From: Octopus vulgaris
Taxonomy: Eukaryota
NCBI GenBank assembly: GCA_951406725.2
Contig: OX597814.1
Span: 169,260,001 to 169,324,000, forward strand
Direction of reading: 5' to 3'
DNA: 64,000 bases
The stretch's first letter is position 1; each line of letters starts with the position of its first letter. Below the pieces are notes generated by a model. That model had not been told where the DNA came from. It did no database searches and was given only the letters and a program-made list of their open reading frames with translations. Positions 38,797 to 51,195 of this stretch are shown in pieces. Position numbers and translations under genes: made by a program.

Positions 38797-39220
38797 ACTC
38801 TTTACTCTTTTACTTGTTTCAGTCATTTGACTGTGGCCATGCTGGAGCACCGCCTTTAGTCGAGCAAATTGACATCACGACTTATTCTTTGTAAGCCTAG
38901 TACTTATTCTATCGGTCTCATTTGCAAAACCGCTAAGTTACGGGAACGTAAACACACCAACACCGGTTGTCAAGCGATGTTGGGGGGGACAAACACGGAC
39001 ACACAAACACACACACACACTCACACACACACACACACACACATATACATATATATGACAGGTTTCTTTCAGTTTCCATCTACCAAATCCACTCACAAGG
39101 CTTTGGTTGGCCCAAGGCTACAGTAGAAGACACTTGCCCAAGGTGTCATGCAGTGGGACTGAATCCAGACCATGTGGTTTGTAAGCAAGCTACTTACCAC
39201 AAAGCCACTCCTATGCCTAT
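38797..39220 (-). mobile_element. SINE family A, full length
   Basis: Matches the other family A copies. Confidence 0.85.
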
Positions 39221-39376
39221 GTGTGTGTATATAAATATATATGTATGTGTATATATATATGTGTGTGTATATATGTGTATATATGTGTATGTATGTATGT
39301 GTACATGTGTGTATATGTGTATGTATTTGTATATATGTGTGTGTATATATGTATCTATATATATGTGTGTGTGTAT

Positions 39377-39700
39377 ATGAGGTGGTATTAAAAAGTTTCC
39401 AGACTAGTTATGTTTAATAAAAAAATAACTTATGTACCTAAGTTTTAGCATCATCACCTTCCACAGCAATACACTGGTCCCAGCATTCCTGGCACTTTTG
39501 AAATCCAGTCTGGAAGACGTTTTCCGTAAGTGAGTTGATTACTATGTGTAGGGTGTGGTTGAGAAATTCACCAACCACTCTGCTGGAAATACCAAGGCTG
39601 AGCTAGTGACCAAGATGAAGGAGGTGTTTGAAGATCTCAGGAACACAGTGAAGAATTCATGCACCAGGTTCCAGGGCCTGAGAGCAGCTACGTTGAGCAT
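39377..39700 (+). mobile_element. Mariner-type terminus followed by a maT transposase C-terminal remnant
   Basis: TATGAGGTGGTATTAAAAAGTTTCCAGACT end; DYYV*GVVEKFTN...NTKAELVTKM...VKNSCTRFQ is homologous to 516-971. Confidence 0.55.
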
Positions 39701-39819
39701 ACAGCTATCTGCCTGCCACAATCTATTTGATAATTTTTTTTGATCTTTTAAAAATACTTTTCTCTGTCAGAGGATCTTTGTCTTGCATGTTACTTAGTAA
39801 CCCTTGGTAACCCTGCAGT

Positions 39820-40334
39820 GTTTCATGCCACACAAAAAGCAACCAGTCCACACTGCAAAGTGGTTGGCATTTGAAAGGGCATCCAGCTTTAAAAACCATG
39901 CTGAAACTATACTTATGACACATGAAAACACTCTCTCCACCCTGTGGGGTGGTTGATGTTAGGAAGAGCTGTAAAAAACCATGCCAAAACTGACCTCACC
40001 TGTGCTTGTGCCATATAAAAAGTACTCTGTTCACCTTGCTGGGTGGTTGGTGTCTGGAAAAGTATTCAGCTGTAAAAACCATTCCTAAATTGACCTCACC
40101 TGCACTTAAGCCACATGAAAAGCACTCTAACCACCCTGCTGGGTGGTTGGTGTTAGGAAGAGCATCCAACTGTAAAAACTGTGTCAAAACTAACCTCACC
40201 GGTTTTGTGCCATGTAAAAAGCACACTGTTCACCTGGTTGGGTGGTTGGTGTTAGGAAGAGCATCCAACTGTAAAAACCTAGCCAGCTCCTGTCAAGCTG
40301 TCCAACCCATGCCAACACAGAAGGTGGATCTTAA

Positions 40335-40335
<1 letters not shown>
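39820..40335 (+). repeat. Tandem array (~5 units of ~90-100 bp) derived from the LINE 3' UTR
   Basis: Recurring GTGGTTGGTGTTAGGAAG...CTGTAAAAAC...ACCTCACC...GCCATGTAAAAAGCAC. Confidence 0.7.
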
Positions 40336-40384
<49 letters not shown>

Positions 40385-41810
40385 GGTGGTGGTGGTGGTG
40401 GTGATGATGATGATGATGATGAGGAGGAGGATGAAGAGGAAGAGGAGGATGATGAAGAGGAAGGGGAGGATGAAGAGGAAGTGGAGGATGAAGAGGAAGA
40501 GGAGGAGGAGCATGAGGATGATGATGAGGATGATGAGGAGGTTGAAGATGAGGATGAGGAGGACAGGATATTGTGTTTCTTTTTTCCCTTTATGCAAGCT
40601 GTCAAATTTAACCCGGACATCTTGTGATGCTGGTCATGGTGGAAGCGAGCCCCGTTGGCAGAGACATTGTAAAGGTCGAGTGGACCCTTTCTTGTCTGCG
40701 AGAATGTGTACGGATATCAGAGTACATTTTGTTTTTGTGTTGTATATGTGTATGTATGTGTGTGTGTGTAACTGTCTTTATGATGTTGAGCACTACTCTG
40801 TGCATGTGTGTATGTGTGTGTGTATGTGTGTGTGTGCATGTGTGTATGTGTGTGCATGTGTTTGTGTGTGTGTGTGTGTATGTGTGTGTGCATGTGTGTT
40901 TGTGTGTGTGTGCGTGTGTTTGTGTGTGTGTGTGTTTGTGTGCGTGTGTGTGTGTGTGTGTGTGCGTGCACATGTGTGTGTATGTGTAATTCATGGTTGC
41001 ACACACTTTATAGTCTTGAGCAATCATGCGTGTGTTTTTGGGGGTGTGTCTTTGTGCCTTTGTTGTTGCTACTGTTGTAGTGTTTATTTATTTATTTATT
41101 TATTCCTTTTTGTGCTTATTTTTCTGTCAGTTGGGTTAAATATAAGCTTGCAGTGGCGGCAATAGATAAAAGTAGATGGATATGTATGGGTGTGAGTGGT
41201 GAATGTGTGTGCTTTGTTGTAGTTCGTCATTTATAGTTTATTCAATTGCGATGATGCCTTTGTCTGTGCATGTCTGTCTGTGTGTGTGTGTGTGTGTGTT
41301 TGGGGTGTGTTTGGTGTGTATGTGTCATGTAGGTGTGCATTTGGTGTGTGTGTGTGTTTGGTGTGTGTGTGTGTGTATGTATGTGTATTTGGAGTTTTGT
41401 GTGTGCTTGCTGTGTGTGTGTGTGTGTGTGTGCATGTGTGTATGTGTATTTGGAGTTTGGTGTGTGTGTGTGTTTGGTGTAGATGTGTGTTTGGTCTGTA
41501 TGTGTCATGATGTGTGTGTGTGGGTATGTTTGGTGTGAATATGTGTTTGGTGTATATGTGTGTGTGTGTGTGTGTGCGTGTGTTAGGTGTGTGTGTGTAT
41601 GTGTGTGAGGGTGTGTCTATTCATATCTACTAAGTTCTAGATATTTTTCACATACATATACATGTACCAATATACTCATACATTCACAGATACAAGTACA
41701 TATTGCAGCTCTACATGAGCACACACACACACACACATACACACACACACGCACACATACACACACCCGCTCGTGCGCGCACGCACACACACATACACAC
41801 ATACACATTT
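40335..41810. repeat. Compound microsatellite block (GAT/GGT/GAG, then TG/CA)
   Basis: Read directly. Confidence 0.9.
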
Positions 41811-42152
41811 TCCCTCTGTCTCCTTATTTCTCATTTGATTGTTTTATTTGAAATGGGACTACAATGCGGCTAAATTGCTATCATTACAATATTGTTATTA
41901 CTATTATTTATCCCTGGGATTAGGGTTCATGCTGTTACCCCACTTGTTCTTTCCGCTGAATTCAGTGCCCTTTGTTATGCAGATGGATTCAGTAATTTAT
42001 CCGAGGGACAAAACCTGCAAGTGAATAAATCGCATTTTTTCTAACCTTGCTTACTGATTAAAATGAAAAAGGTTACTCCAAATTTTAATTAAGGTTATTT
42101 AAACTTGAAATATAGTGAAGAGCAGATCAGATCTTTAGAAGTATAGTGACAA

Positions 42153-42193
42153 CTCCAGACATGTTTCAGTCTTGTTAGACCTCATCAGCAAAG
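42153..42193 (-). ncRNA. Type I hammerhead motif
   Basis: CUUUG-CUGAUGA-GGUCU-AACA-AGACU-GAAAC-AU-GUC-UGGAG; 5-bp stem II, palindromic ACAUGU stem III, stem I rich in G-U pairs. Confidence 0.72.
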
Positions 42194-42554
42194 CGTTATC
42201 TAACTATCACTGCAAACCTTAGATGGATAGAGAATGTATATGATTTCTGTGAATGAAAACGGGTACATTCATGGTTGTGTGGTCAAAAAGCCTGCTTCTC
42301 AGCTATGTAGCTTCGGGATGAATCCCATTGTGTGGAACCTGGGGCAAGTGTCTTCTACTTCATCTCCAGGCTGGATTTGGTAGACAGAAACTGAAAGAAG
42401 CCTGTAGTATATATGTATGTTTGTGTGCATGTTTATGTGTGTGTATGTGTGTGTGTGTGTGTGTGTGTGAGAAAGTTAGCATCTCCTTGCTTTGCATGAT
42501 GGTTGTAAATGTGTGTCACTGTTATACAACACTGACATTCATTTCCAATCTTCT

Positions 42555-43285
42555 TTTCTACTCTAGGCACAAGGCCAAAAATTTTTGGGGAGGAGGCCAG
42601 TCGATTAGATCGACCTCAGTACACAGCTGGTACTTAATTTATTGACCCCAAAAGTATGAAAGGCAAAGTCGACTTCGGCGGCATTTGAACTCATAACATA
42701 AAGACAGCTGAAATACTGATAAACATTTCACCCGGTGTGCTAACGTTTCTTATTTCTTTATTGTCCACAAGGGGCTGAACATAGAGGGGACAAACAAGGA
42801 CAGACAAAAGGATTAAGTCAATTAGATCGACCCCAGTGTGTAACTGGTACTTAATTTATCGACCCCGAAAGGATGAAAAGCAAAGTTGACCTCGGCGGAA
42901 TTTGAACTCAGAATGCAACAGCAGACGAAACACCACTAAGCATTTCGCCCGGCTTGCTAACGTTTCTGCCAGCTTGCCACCTATGCCATGGGGAAATATT
43001 ATCTTACTTGGAAACAGGTGAGGATTAATAAGAAGAGCATCTAGCTACAGAAAATCTGCCTCAACAAATTCCATCTGATCCATGCAGACATAGAAAAGTA
43101 GACATTAAAATCCCTTTACACAAAGCCTGAAACTTGTGCGGGAGGGCTGTCAATTTTATTGACCCCTAAAAGGATGAAAGGCAGAGTCAACCCTGGTAGG
43201 ATTTGAATTCAGAATGTAAGGATGGACGAAATGCCACTAAGCATTTTGCTTGGCATGCTAATGATTCTAACAGCTCGTCACCTTT
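42555..43285 (-). mobile_element. Cluster of tandem/nested SINE family B copies inside a plus-strand family A variant
   Basis: Three family B cores at ~42630, ~42850 and ~43160. Confidence 0.75.
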
Positions 43286-44450
43286 AAAGTAGATGTTAAA
43301 ATAACGATGATGACAAAGACAATGATGATAATGAACAGAGAGGCATTAGAGATTTTAAAAGTAGCCAGAGCAAAAATACCCTGGGATGCCTATTGAAACC
43401 TCGGCAGCATAGTACAAGCATACTTGTAGCAAGCCAAGAAATTTTGATTAATTAGATATGAAATGCAGTGGAGAATGTGCGTGATCTTTAGCAGTAGATC
43501 ATCATCATCATCGTTTAACGTCCGTTTTCCATGCTAGTATGGGTTGGACGATTTTGAATGAGGGCTGGCACCAGATGGCTGCACCAGGCTCCAGTCTTGA
43601 TCTGGCAGAGTTTCTACAGCTGGATGCTCTTCCTGATGCCAACCACTCTGAGAATGTAGGGGGTGCTTTTTACATGCCACCGGCACGGGGGCCAGTCAGG
43701 CGGTACTGGCAATGACCTCGCTCGAATCTTTTTACACGTGCCAGTGAAGATATAGACTGATAATGGTGATACTGCAAATGAAATCAGATAAGCTATGAGT
43801 GATAAACTGCAATAAAGCTTGTAGACATGTGTCCACATCTACACTGTATCTACTGTTATGTACTGTCACCACTGGTAACTTAAATCTAACACAGTTGACA
43901 GGTCAATAAACAATAGCAGGGAACAACAAAAGCAACTGCAATGAAAAAAGCACCAGCAATGAAATTCACACTTAAACATGTATGTAGACACAGACGCAAA
44001 TATGCGTAAGAGCTGCATTGAAAAGATGCAATACCACTAAAATTACACGCACACACACATACACACACACACATGCACAATACAAACATAATAATCACAT
44101 ATTCACAAATACATACACATATTTGCACACGCAGTCTCTCACCTCCCACCACCATCACTAGTAAGTACACAGAGACCAAACAGAGACTGAAATCAGTCAC
44201 GGAGAAGTCGTTATAAAGGCTGCAGACATAAATTAAAGACTTTGACAAATGAATCAATTAACAAAGATGTGATCTACAACAAATACATGTATTTTTATTG
44301 GCAGAATAATCCTCCTCAAACCTAACAATAACTGTTTCAACATAACGATTTAACATCACGAATCTTGTGACACAAAAAACGCAAAATGCGTAAAGTACAT
44401 GTATGCAAGTTTATAATATATATATACATATTTGAGCAAGCGTGTGCATG

Positions 44451-44512
<62 letters not shown>

Positions 44513-44515
44513 CAT

Positions 44516-44694
44516 ATTTAATAGATTCAGATGAATATGGTACTTAAGTTAAAGGCACCAGAATTTTGTATGGTATTATCCATATAATTCAAAATTGGGT
44601 GATTACAATCAAAATAAGCAACAAGGATATCCAGAGGTAATGCAGTACTGCATTATTGTACTGCATTACCTCTGGATATCCTTGTTGCTTATTT

Positions 44695-44698
<4 letters not shown>
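44516..44698 (-). mobile_element. Microsatellite-embedded tail-plus-hairpin element (truncated Penelope-like end)
   Basis: 41-bp perfect inverted arms 44608-44648 / 44658-44698 with a ~90-bp one-sided tail. Confidence 0.6.
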
Positions 44699-44746
<48 letters not shown>

Positions 44747-44928
44747 AAAGGGCTTAGTAAAATAAATTACTTTGCCACATACTGAACTCATTAGAAATAG
44801 TAGCTAAAAAAACTTTTTTAAAACTATTTCTAATACTTAAAGAAAATCTCTCTCATATAGTGTTTGCTCAACTCAACCCACGAAAGTATGGGGGTAAAGA
44901 CATTAAAAAATCAAATGCAAAGGTTATT

Positions 44929-44980
44929 TGAGAACGTACGTTTCTAGATTAGTCAACTCGACATTTCTATCATCAGCTCA
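44929..44980 (-). ncRNA. Type I hammerhead motif (mirror copy)
   Basis: Reverse complement of 45190-45241. Confidence 0.82.
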
Positions 44981-45189
44981 GAACTCCTTGGTTTGGATTT
45001 GAAAACACTGAAAGTGGGAGCATACCCTTTCGGCTTCTTATCGCTTCTGAAGATCTGCTCGAAACTAACAGTGCCAGCAAACTCAAAGTTTGCTGGCACT
45101 GTTAGTTTCGAGCAGATCTTCAGAAGCGATAAGAAGCCGAAAGGGTATGCTCCCACTTTCAGTGTTTTCAAATCCAAACCAAGGAGTTC

Positions 45190-45241
45190 TGAGCTGATGA
45201 TAGAAATGTCGAGTTGACTAATCTAGAAACGTACGTTCTCA
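45190..45241 (+). ncRNA. Type I hammerhead ribozyme motif
   Basis: UGAG-CUGAUGA-UAGA...UCUA-GAAAC-GUAC-GUU-CUCA; canonical core, palindromic stem III AACGUACGUU. Confidence 0.88.
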
Positions 45242-45520
45242 AATAACCTTTGCATTTGATTTTTTAATGTCTTTACCCACATACTTTCGTGGGTTGAGTT
45301 GAGCAAACACTATATGAGAGAGATTTTTAAGTATTAGAAATAGTTTTAAAAAGTTTTTTTAGCTACTATTTCTAATGAGTTCAGTATGTGGCAAAGTAAT
45401 TTATTTTACTAAGCCCTTTTATATAATGTAATAATTTGAATTTGCCTTAAATGGTCCCTTTGCATACTGAATACTTGGTGAAATTGATTAATAATTAATT
45501 AATTTTACCCTCAATTGTTG

Positions 45521-45557
<37 letters not shown>

Positions 45558-45577
45558 TGTATATATACATATATTAA

Positions 45578-47329
45578 TAGTAATGGTAAGACAACAAAAG
45601 AATGAAAGAGATTTCGATATTATGTAAATAGAGGAATTTATCTGTAATATAATATGTGACAATTATTCGGTTGCCATAACAAAACTCTGAGTTTCAGATG
45701 TTGGAGTAGAAACCTGCTCCAGCATCTTTTCAGTTATCAAGGCAATCAAAATATGCTATGAAAATGACCATTAAACAAAGTGAAATTACTATGTAACTGA
45801 CCGTTATTACAACAAAAGAGCTATTAGAATGATCGTTAAATAAGGGAAAAAAGCGAAGGGGAGGAAGTAAAAAGTAAAGGAGTAAAAAAGCTCATAGCAT
45901 TCGTATATGTGTGCATGTACATACATACACAGGCATGCACGCACACCCATGTGCATGTGCCTATATGCATATGCACACTCACATGAAACACACATATGCC
46001 AATAGATGCACATATATATGCAACCATGCATGTACACATATATATCCACACACACGTGCTCACATACATGTGCACATACCCATATGCATACAGTTATATT
46101 CAAATACACATCTAAAAATATGCAGATGCTATATGCCCACTCACACCCTTGTGGAACACATGCATGTACACCTACATATATATGCAACCATACACATGTA
46201 CATATACACGCACATATATACATACTCACACACACAAACATGCACGATGTACACATATGTATATCCACACACACATGCACATGCACACACATGTGCACAT
46301 ACCCATACATGCACAGTTATATTTAAATGCATGTCTAAAATACGTGCATGCTATATATGCATATGCTCACTCACACTCATGTGGAACACTCACATGTATA
46401 CCCACATATATATATGCAACCATACACATATACATATATACATACCCGCACACATGCATACACACACGTGCACACAAAAAAGTTCATATACATGTCTTTA
46501 TATGCACATGCGCAAGAAAAATGCAGAGTGAAAGGTAAAATACAGAAAAATGTGTAAAAATATATGAAGCAATAAAAATATAAAAATATATCTCTATAAA
46601 TATGTAAAAAATGTATAAAAAATATGTACAAAATATGTGTAGGTATGTACACGTGTGTGTGTGTGTGCATCTGTGTGTGCAGATATACATATGTGTACAT
46701 CATGCATGTGTGTGTGTGTGCAGATATGTATATATGTACATGTGTACAGTTGCATATATATATGTGGGTGTACATGCATGTGTTCCACGCAAGTGTGAGT
46801 GAGGATATCGCATGTGCGTGTTTTTAGAACTGTATTTGAATATATCTGTGTGCATATGGGTATGTGCACGTGTGTGTGTGTGCGTGCCTGTGTGTGGATA
46901 TGTATATGTGTACATGCATGGTTGCATATATATGTACATCTGTTGGTGTATGTGTGCATGCGCATGTCTGTGTTTCATGTGAGTGTGAGTGAGCATATGC
47001 ATATAGGTACATGTATGTGGGTGTGTGTGCGTGCCTGTGTATGTATGTACATGCATGCATGCATGATTGCTACGAGCATTTTTATTCCTTTACTTTTTTT
47101 ACTTTCTCCCCTTCGGTTTTCCCCTTATTTAACGGTCATTCTAATAGCTCTTTTGTCTTCATAACGGTCAGTTACATAGTAATTTCTCTTTGTTTGATGG
47201 TCATTTTCATAGCATATTTTGATTGCCTTGATAACTGAAGAGATGTCTGAGCAGGTTTCCGCCCTGAGATCCGAAACTCAGAGTTTTATTATGGCAACCT
47301 AATAATTGTCACATATTATATTACAGATA
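45578..47329 (-). mobile_element. 1.75-kb diverged palindromic Penelope-like element, family P5, with CA/TG-rich internal arms
   Basis: Unique arms 45639-45900 / 47066-47329 are reverse complements; internal CA-rich (45900-46500) and TG-rich (46640-47065) halves mirror each other; tail 45578-45638; (TA)n flanks. Confidence 0.75.
47230..47290 (+). ncRNA. Type I hammerhead motif (degenerate mirror at 45678-45738, minus strand)
   Basis: GAUAA-CUGAAGA-GAU...AUC-C-GAAAC-UCAGA-GUU-UUAUU. Confidence 0.68.
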
Positions 47330-47375
47330 TATAAATATATATATATATATATATATGCACATACACACACACGTA

Positions 47376-47590
47376 CAAGGGGGGGCTGAAAAGTTCTTGC
47401 TTTTGCATAAAAGAAAATACAGGAGGGTTAGTTAATTACGATTTTATCCAACAGATTCTCCTCTCAGATTCACACACTTATTGCAGTGGTCCTTCAGTTT
47501 TTCTAAGCCCTGTTAAAATACTCGGAAGGTTGGGCCTTCAGCCAGGCCTTTCGTGACACCCTTAAAGCCAAGAACTTTTCGGCACCCACA
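47376..47590. mobile_element. Mariner-type MITE
   Basis: TA-CAAGGGGGGGCTGAAAAGTTCTTG ... CCAAGAACTTTTCGGCACCC terminal inverted repeats. Confidence 0.7.
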
Positions 47591-47596
47591 CATATA

Positions 47597-47832
47597 TAGG
47601 GCGACCCAAAAGCAGGTTTACAGTTATCACGTAAGCACTTTAAATTTCTTTCAAAACATTTTATTACATTTAAATTTCTATCTTACAAACTGCAAAGGGA
47701 GCTTGACAAAATAAACTAAATTAGCATAGAATAATGGTTTCATGTTTTTAATATAATTAAGATCTAAACTGTTAATATATGAATGTGAAATAGATAGTCG
47801 AATAACCGTAAACCTACTTTTGGGCCACCCTG
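47597..47832. mobile_element. Tc1/mariner MITE
   Basis: TAGGGCGACCCAAAAGCAGGTTTACAGTTAT / ATAACCGTAAACCTACTTTTGGGCCACCCTG-TA. Confidence 0.8.
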
Positions 47833-47946
47833 TATACAAATAGAGGGAAAGGGAAGGATACTTAATACATAGTGTTCATATGTACAAAGACATCTGAATG
47901 ATTGTATTCATGCATGTGTGAAACTGAGTGATGAATGAGAAAATCA

Positions 47947-48013
<67 letters not shown>

Positions 48014-48279
48014 GTAATTTATGGGAGAAAAATTTTTCAGCTCAAACTCCCTGTGTATATTGGTTACTCATTTTTGCAGTCAGTCAATATAAAAGGCAAA
48101 CATCATCATCATCATCATCATCATCATCATACCATTGATTGTTCACCAATGCATCAAGCTATTCCTGAAATAATGAGACATAAAAAAAATCATTAAATTT
48201 AGTATGAACATCCTGTATATATATATTCTGCTACAATAATAGCAATAAGTATGAACAACCTGTATATATATATATATGT

Positions 48280-48670
48280 GGAGGCGCAATGGCCCAGTGG
48301 TTAGGGCAGAGGACTCGCGGTCATAGGATCGCGGTTTCGATTCCCAGACCGGGCGTTGTGAGTGTTTATTGAGCGAAAACACCTAAAGCTTCACGAGGCT
48401 CCGGCAGGGGATGGTGGTGATCCCTGCTGTACTCTTTCACCACAACTTTCTCTCACTCTTACTTCCCGTTTCTGTTGTACCTGAATTTCAAGGGGCCGGC
48501 CTTGTCACTCTCTGTGTCACGGTGAATATCCCCGGGAACTACATTAAGGGTGCACGTGTCTGTGGAGTGCTCAGCCACTTGCACGTTAATTTCACAAGCA
48601 GGCTGTTCCGTTGATTCGGACCAACCGGAACCCTCATCGTCGTAACCGACGGAGTGCTTCCAAAAAAAAA
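48280..48670 (+). mobile_element. tRNA-derived SINE family C, tail type 2, A-tail
   Basis: A box TGGCCCAGTGG and B box GTTTCGATTCC; ends in a poly-A run. Confidence 0.8.
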
Positions 48671-48686
48671 AAATATATATATACAC

Positions 48687-48733
<47 letters not shown>

Positions 48734-48778
48734 CTTTATAATTAGGGTTCAGCAAAGATTTGCTTTAATAATACTTTA

Positions 48779-48827
<49 letters not shown>

Positions 48828-49835
48828 ATAATAATATGAGGGAATATTATTCCAAACTTACATATATATTCTACCAAATATATACGTTTTATTTACTATT
48901 TTGCACATTACTTAATCATTGTTATATGTTTTATCTTATATTTAATCTTTCTATTATATGTAATTTTTCTAAATGGCATAATTTAATTTTTCATTATTGA
49001 ATTGATAAAAGGTGCTTTTTCTCAAATTTTTATATATATATATTTGTGTGTCTGTGTTTGTCCCCCTCACCGTCACTTGATAACCGATGTTGGTGTGTTT
49101 ACATCCCAGTAACTTAGTGGTTTGGCAAAAGAGGCTGATAAAATAGGTACTAGGCTTACAAAGGATAAGTCCTGGGGTCGATTTCTTTGGCTAAAGGCAA
49201 TGCTCCAGCATGGCTGCAGTCAGATGGCTGAAATGAATAAATAAAAGAATATATAAAAGTGTCTGTGCAATGCCATGTAAAAGCACCTGTGCTGTGCCAC
49301 ATTAAAGCGCCCATACAGTCCCACATGAAAGCATTCATGTAGTGCCATGTGGAAGCACCCAGCACACTCTGTAAAGTTGTTGGCATTAGGAAGGGCATCA
49401 AGCTGTAGAAACCATATTAAATCAGAATAGAGTTTGGTGCAGCTCCCTAGCTTGCCAGCTCAGGTCAAACCATCTAATCCTTGCCAGCATTGAGAATAGA
49501 CGTTAAATGGTGATGATGTACTGTACTATTTCTTAGACTAGTATCCAGGAACTAAGACAAATATTAGTGAACTTTTGTAGTAACTGGAGAAGCAAAAGCC
49601 TAACAGAAAACTCTTTTAGAGTTTAACAGCAGGGTATATCAATATAAAAATTCTCTCAGATAATGTAACAACGAAAATATTAACAACAACAACAAAAGAA
49701 TAACATGTGAGTCTACAGTCATCACATTTTCTGTTCTGGACAGAGTCATGATTCAAAACTGTGTAATTTGTTTTGAATATAATGTCATAAAACACACAAC
49801 TTCATACTGATCTGGTAATAAACAGATTTATTCTT

Positions 49836-50245
49836 ATTTCTTTATTGCCCACAAGGGGCTAAGCATAGAGGGGACAAACACGGACAGACAAACGGATTTA
49901 GTCGATTATAACAACCCCCAGTGCATAACTGGTACTTAATTTATCGACCCTAAAAGGATGAAAGGCTAAGTCAACCTTGGCGGTATTTGAACTCAGAACG
50001 TAATGGCAAGTGAAATACCTATTTCTTTACTACCCACAAGGGGCTAAACACAGAGGGGACAAACAAGGACAGACAAACTGATTAAGTCGATTATATCGAC
50101 CCCCAGGGCATAACTGGTACTTGATTTATCGACCCCAAAAGGATGAAAGGCAAGGTCAACCTCAGCGGAATTTGAACTCAGAACGTAATGGCAGGCGAAA
50201 TACTGCTAAGCATTTCATGCAGGGTGCTAACATTTCTGCCAGCTC
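49836..50245 (-). mobile_element. Partly dimeric SINE family B with a single TSD
   Basis: TSD ACAGATTTATTCTT at 49822-49835 and 50246-50259; body duplicated. Confidence 0.85.
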
Positions 50246-50825
50246 ACAGATTTATTCTTGTCAGGCAGATACATTAGGAAATGCATTATCCATTTTTGTG
50301 GCAACAGATGCAGCACTATTGACGACATGCGTTGTGTGACATGCCATCATCTTTCTTATGTTTCTCTAACTACTGTGAAAGTCCATTGACGATTGCTCAC
50401 TGTCTCCAAATCCCTGAAATTCTGTATGAAACTAATGTCATGAAATTGAACGGTATTAAGTTTATAAATACCCATTACCTGAGAGAAATATATCTCATGG
50501 TACAATTAAATAAAGGATACAGTTGACCAATGAGAAGCTATTCAATTGAATCTCATTTGTACCATCATTGAGAAGAAACTGACATTAAGCTTCAAACTGC
50601 TGCTGATGAGTGAGGATGGTATTTCACAAGAGCATACTTCATTTTCTCTAACTTAATCGGATAATCATTTAAGATAGACACTGAAATTACAAGCACAATG
50701 TTAAGTGTACATTACACCTATGGATCAATGGATACCCTTTTGAAACTAACATGTGTATTTGAAATAGCTGGAGAACTTTCACAAAGAAAACCTCTGTACT
50801 TTCTTCTCCTCATTAATTAGTATAA

Positions 50826-51195
50826 TCTCTCTCTATATAAAGCTGAAGTTGTCTGAGTATGGCAGGTTTGGTAGCCTTCAACTAACACTATCTCCTCTGA
50901 GGCTCTGCGGCGCAAGTTGACCAAAATTGAGAGTATGATAGAAGAAGGCTTGCTCTTCCTTCCGTAGAAGAAAAAAATTCAAATCGGGCCATGTTAACAC
51001 CAAAAATTATTTACATTGAAAAGGTGCTTTTTACGATGTTTTGACTGCTGTGTTGCCATTTTTCGGTGTATTTCAACCAGAAAAATGTTCACTTAAAGAG
51101 AATAACAAGCTACATAATGCAAAATTTTTACTTTTTAAAAATTCCAATTCGAAAGGGTTGAAACAAACCCGAGCAACGCCGGGCGATACTGCTAG
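50826..51195 (+). mobile_element. Non-autonomous Helitron
   Basis: A|TC 5' end (TCTCTCTCTATATAAAG), subterminal hairpin CCCG-AGCAACGC-CGGG at 51168-51183, CTAG|T 3' end, no TSD. Confidence 0.8.

Larger units (their letters stand above)
44741..45525 (+). mobile_element. Palindromic Penelope-like element, family P1 (second subfamily)
   Basis: ~340-bp arms around a 3-nt loop centred at 45085; tail 45426-45525 homologous to 8101-8189; (TA)n on both sides. Confidence 0.85.

Noticed and set aside
40279-41808. Poly-M/V/R and CV/HT-repeat ORFs
   Set aside because: Microsatellite translations; the same applies to 4045-4627, 45807-47238 and 63038-63313
44953-45217. Near-identical 74-aa ORFs on both strands
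   Set aside because: Consequence of the palindrome; no protein motif
48280-48355. tRNA gene
   Set aside because: tRNA-like SINE head continuing into SINE body; no proper acceptor stem or terminator. Same for the other SINE heads
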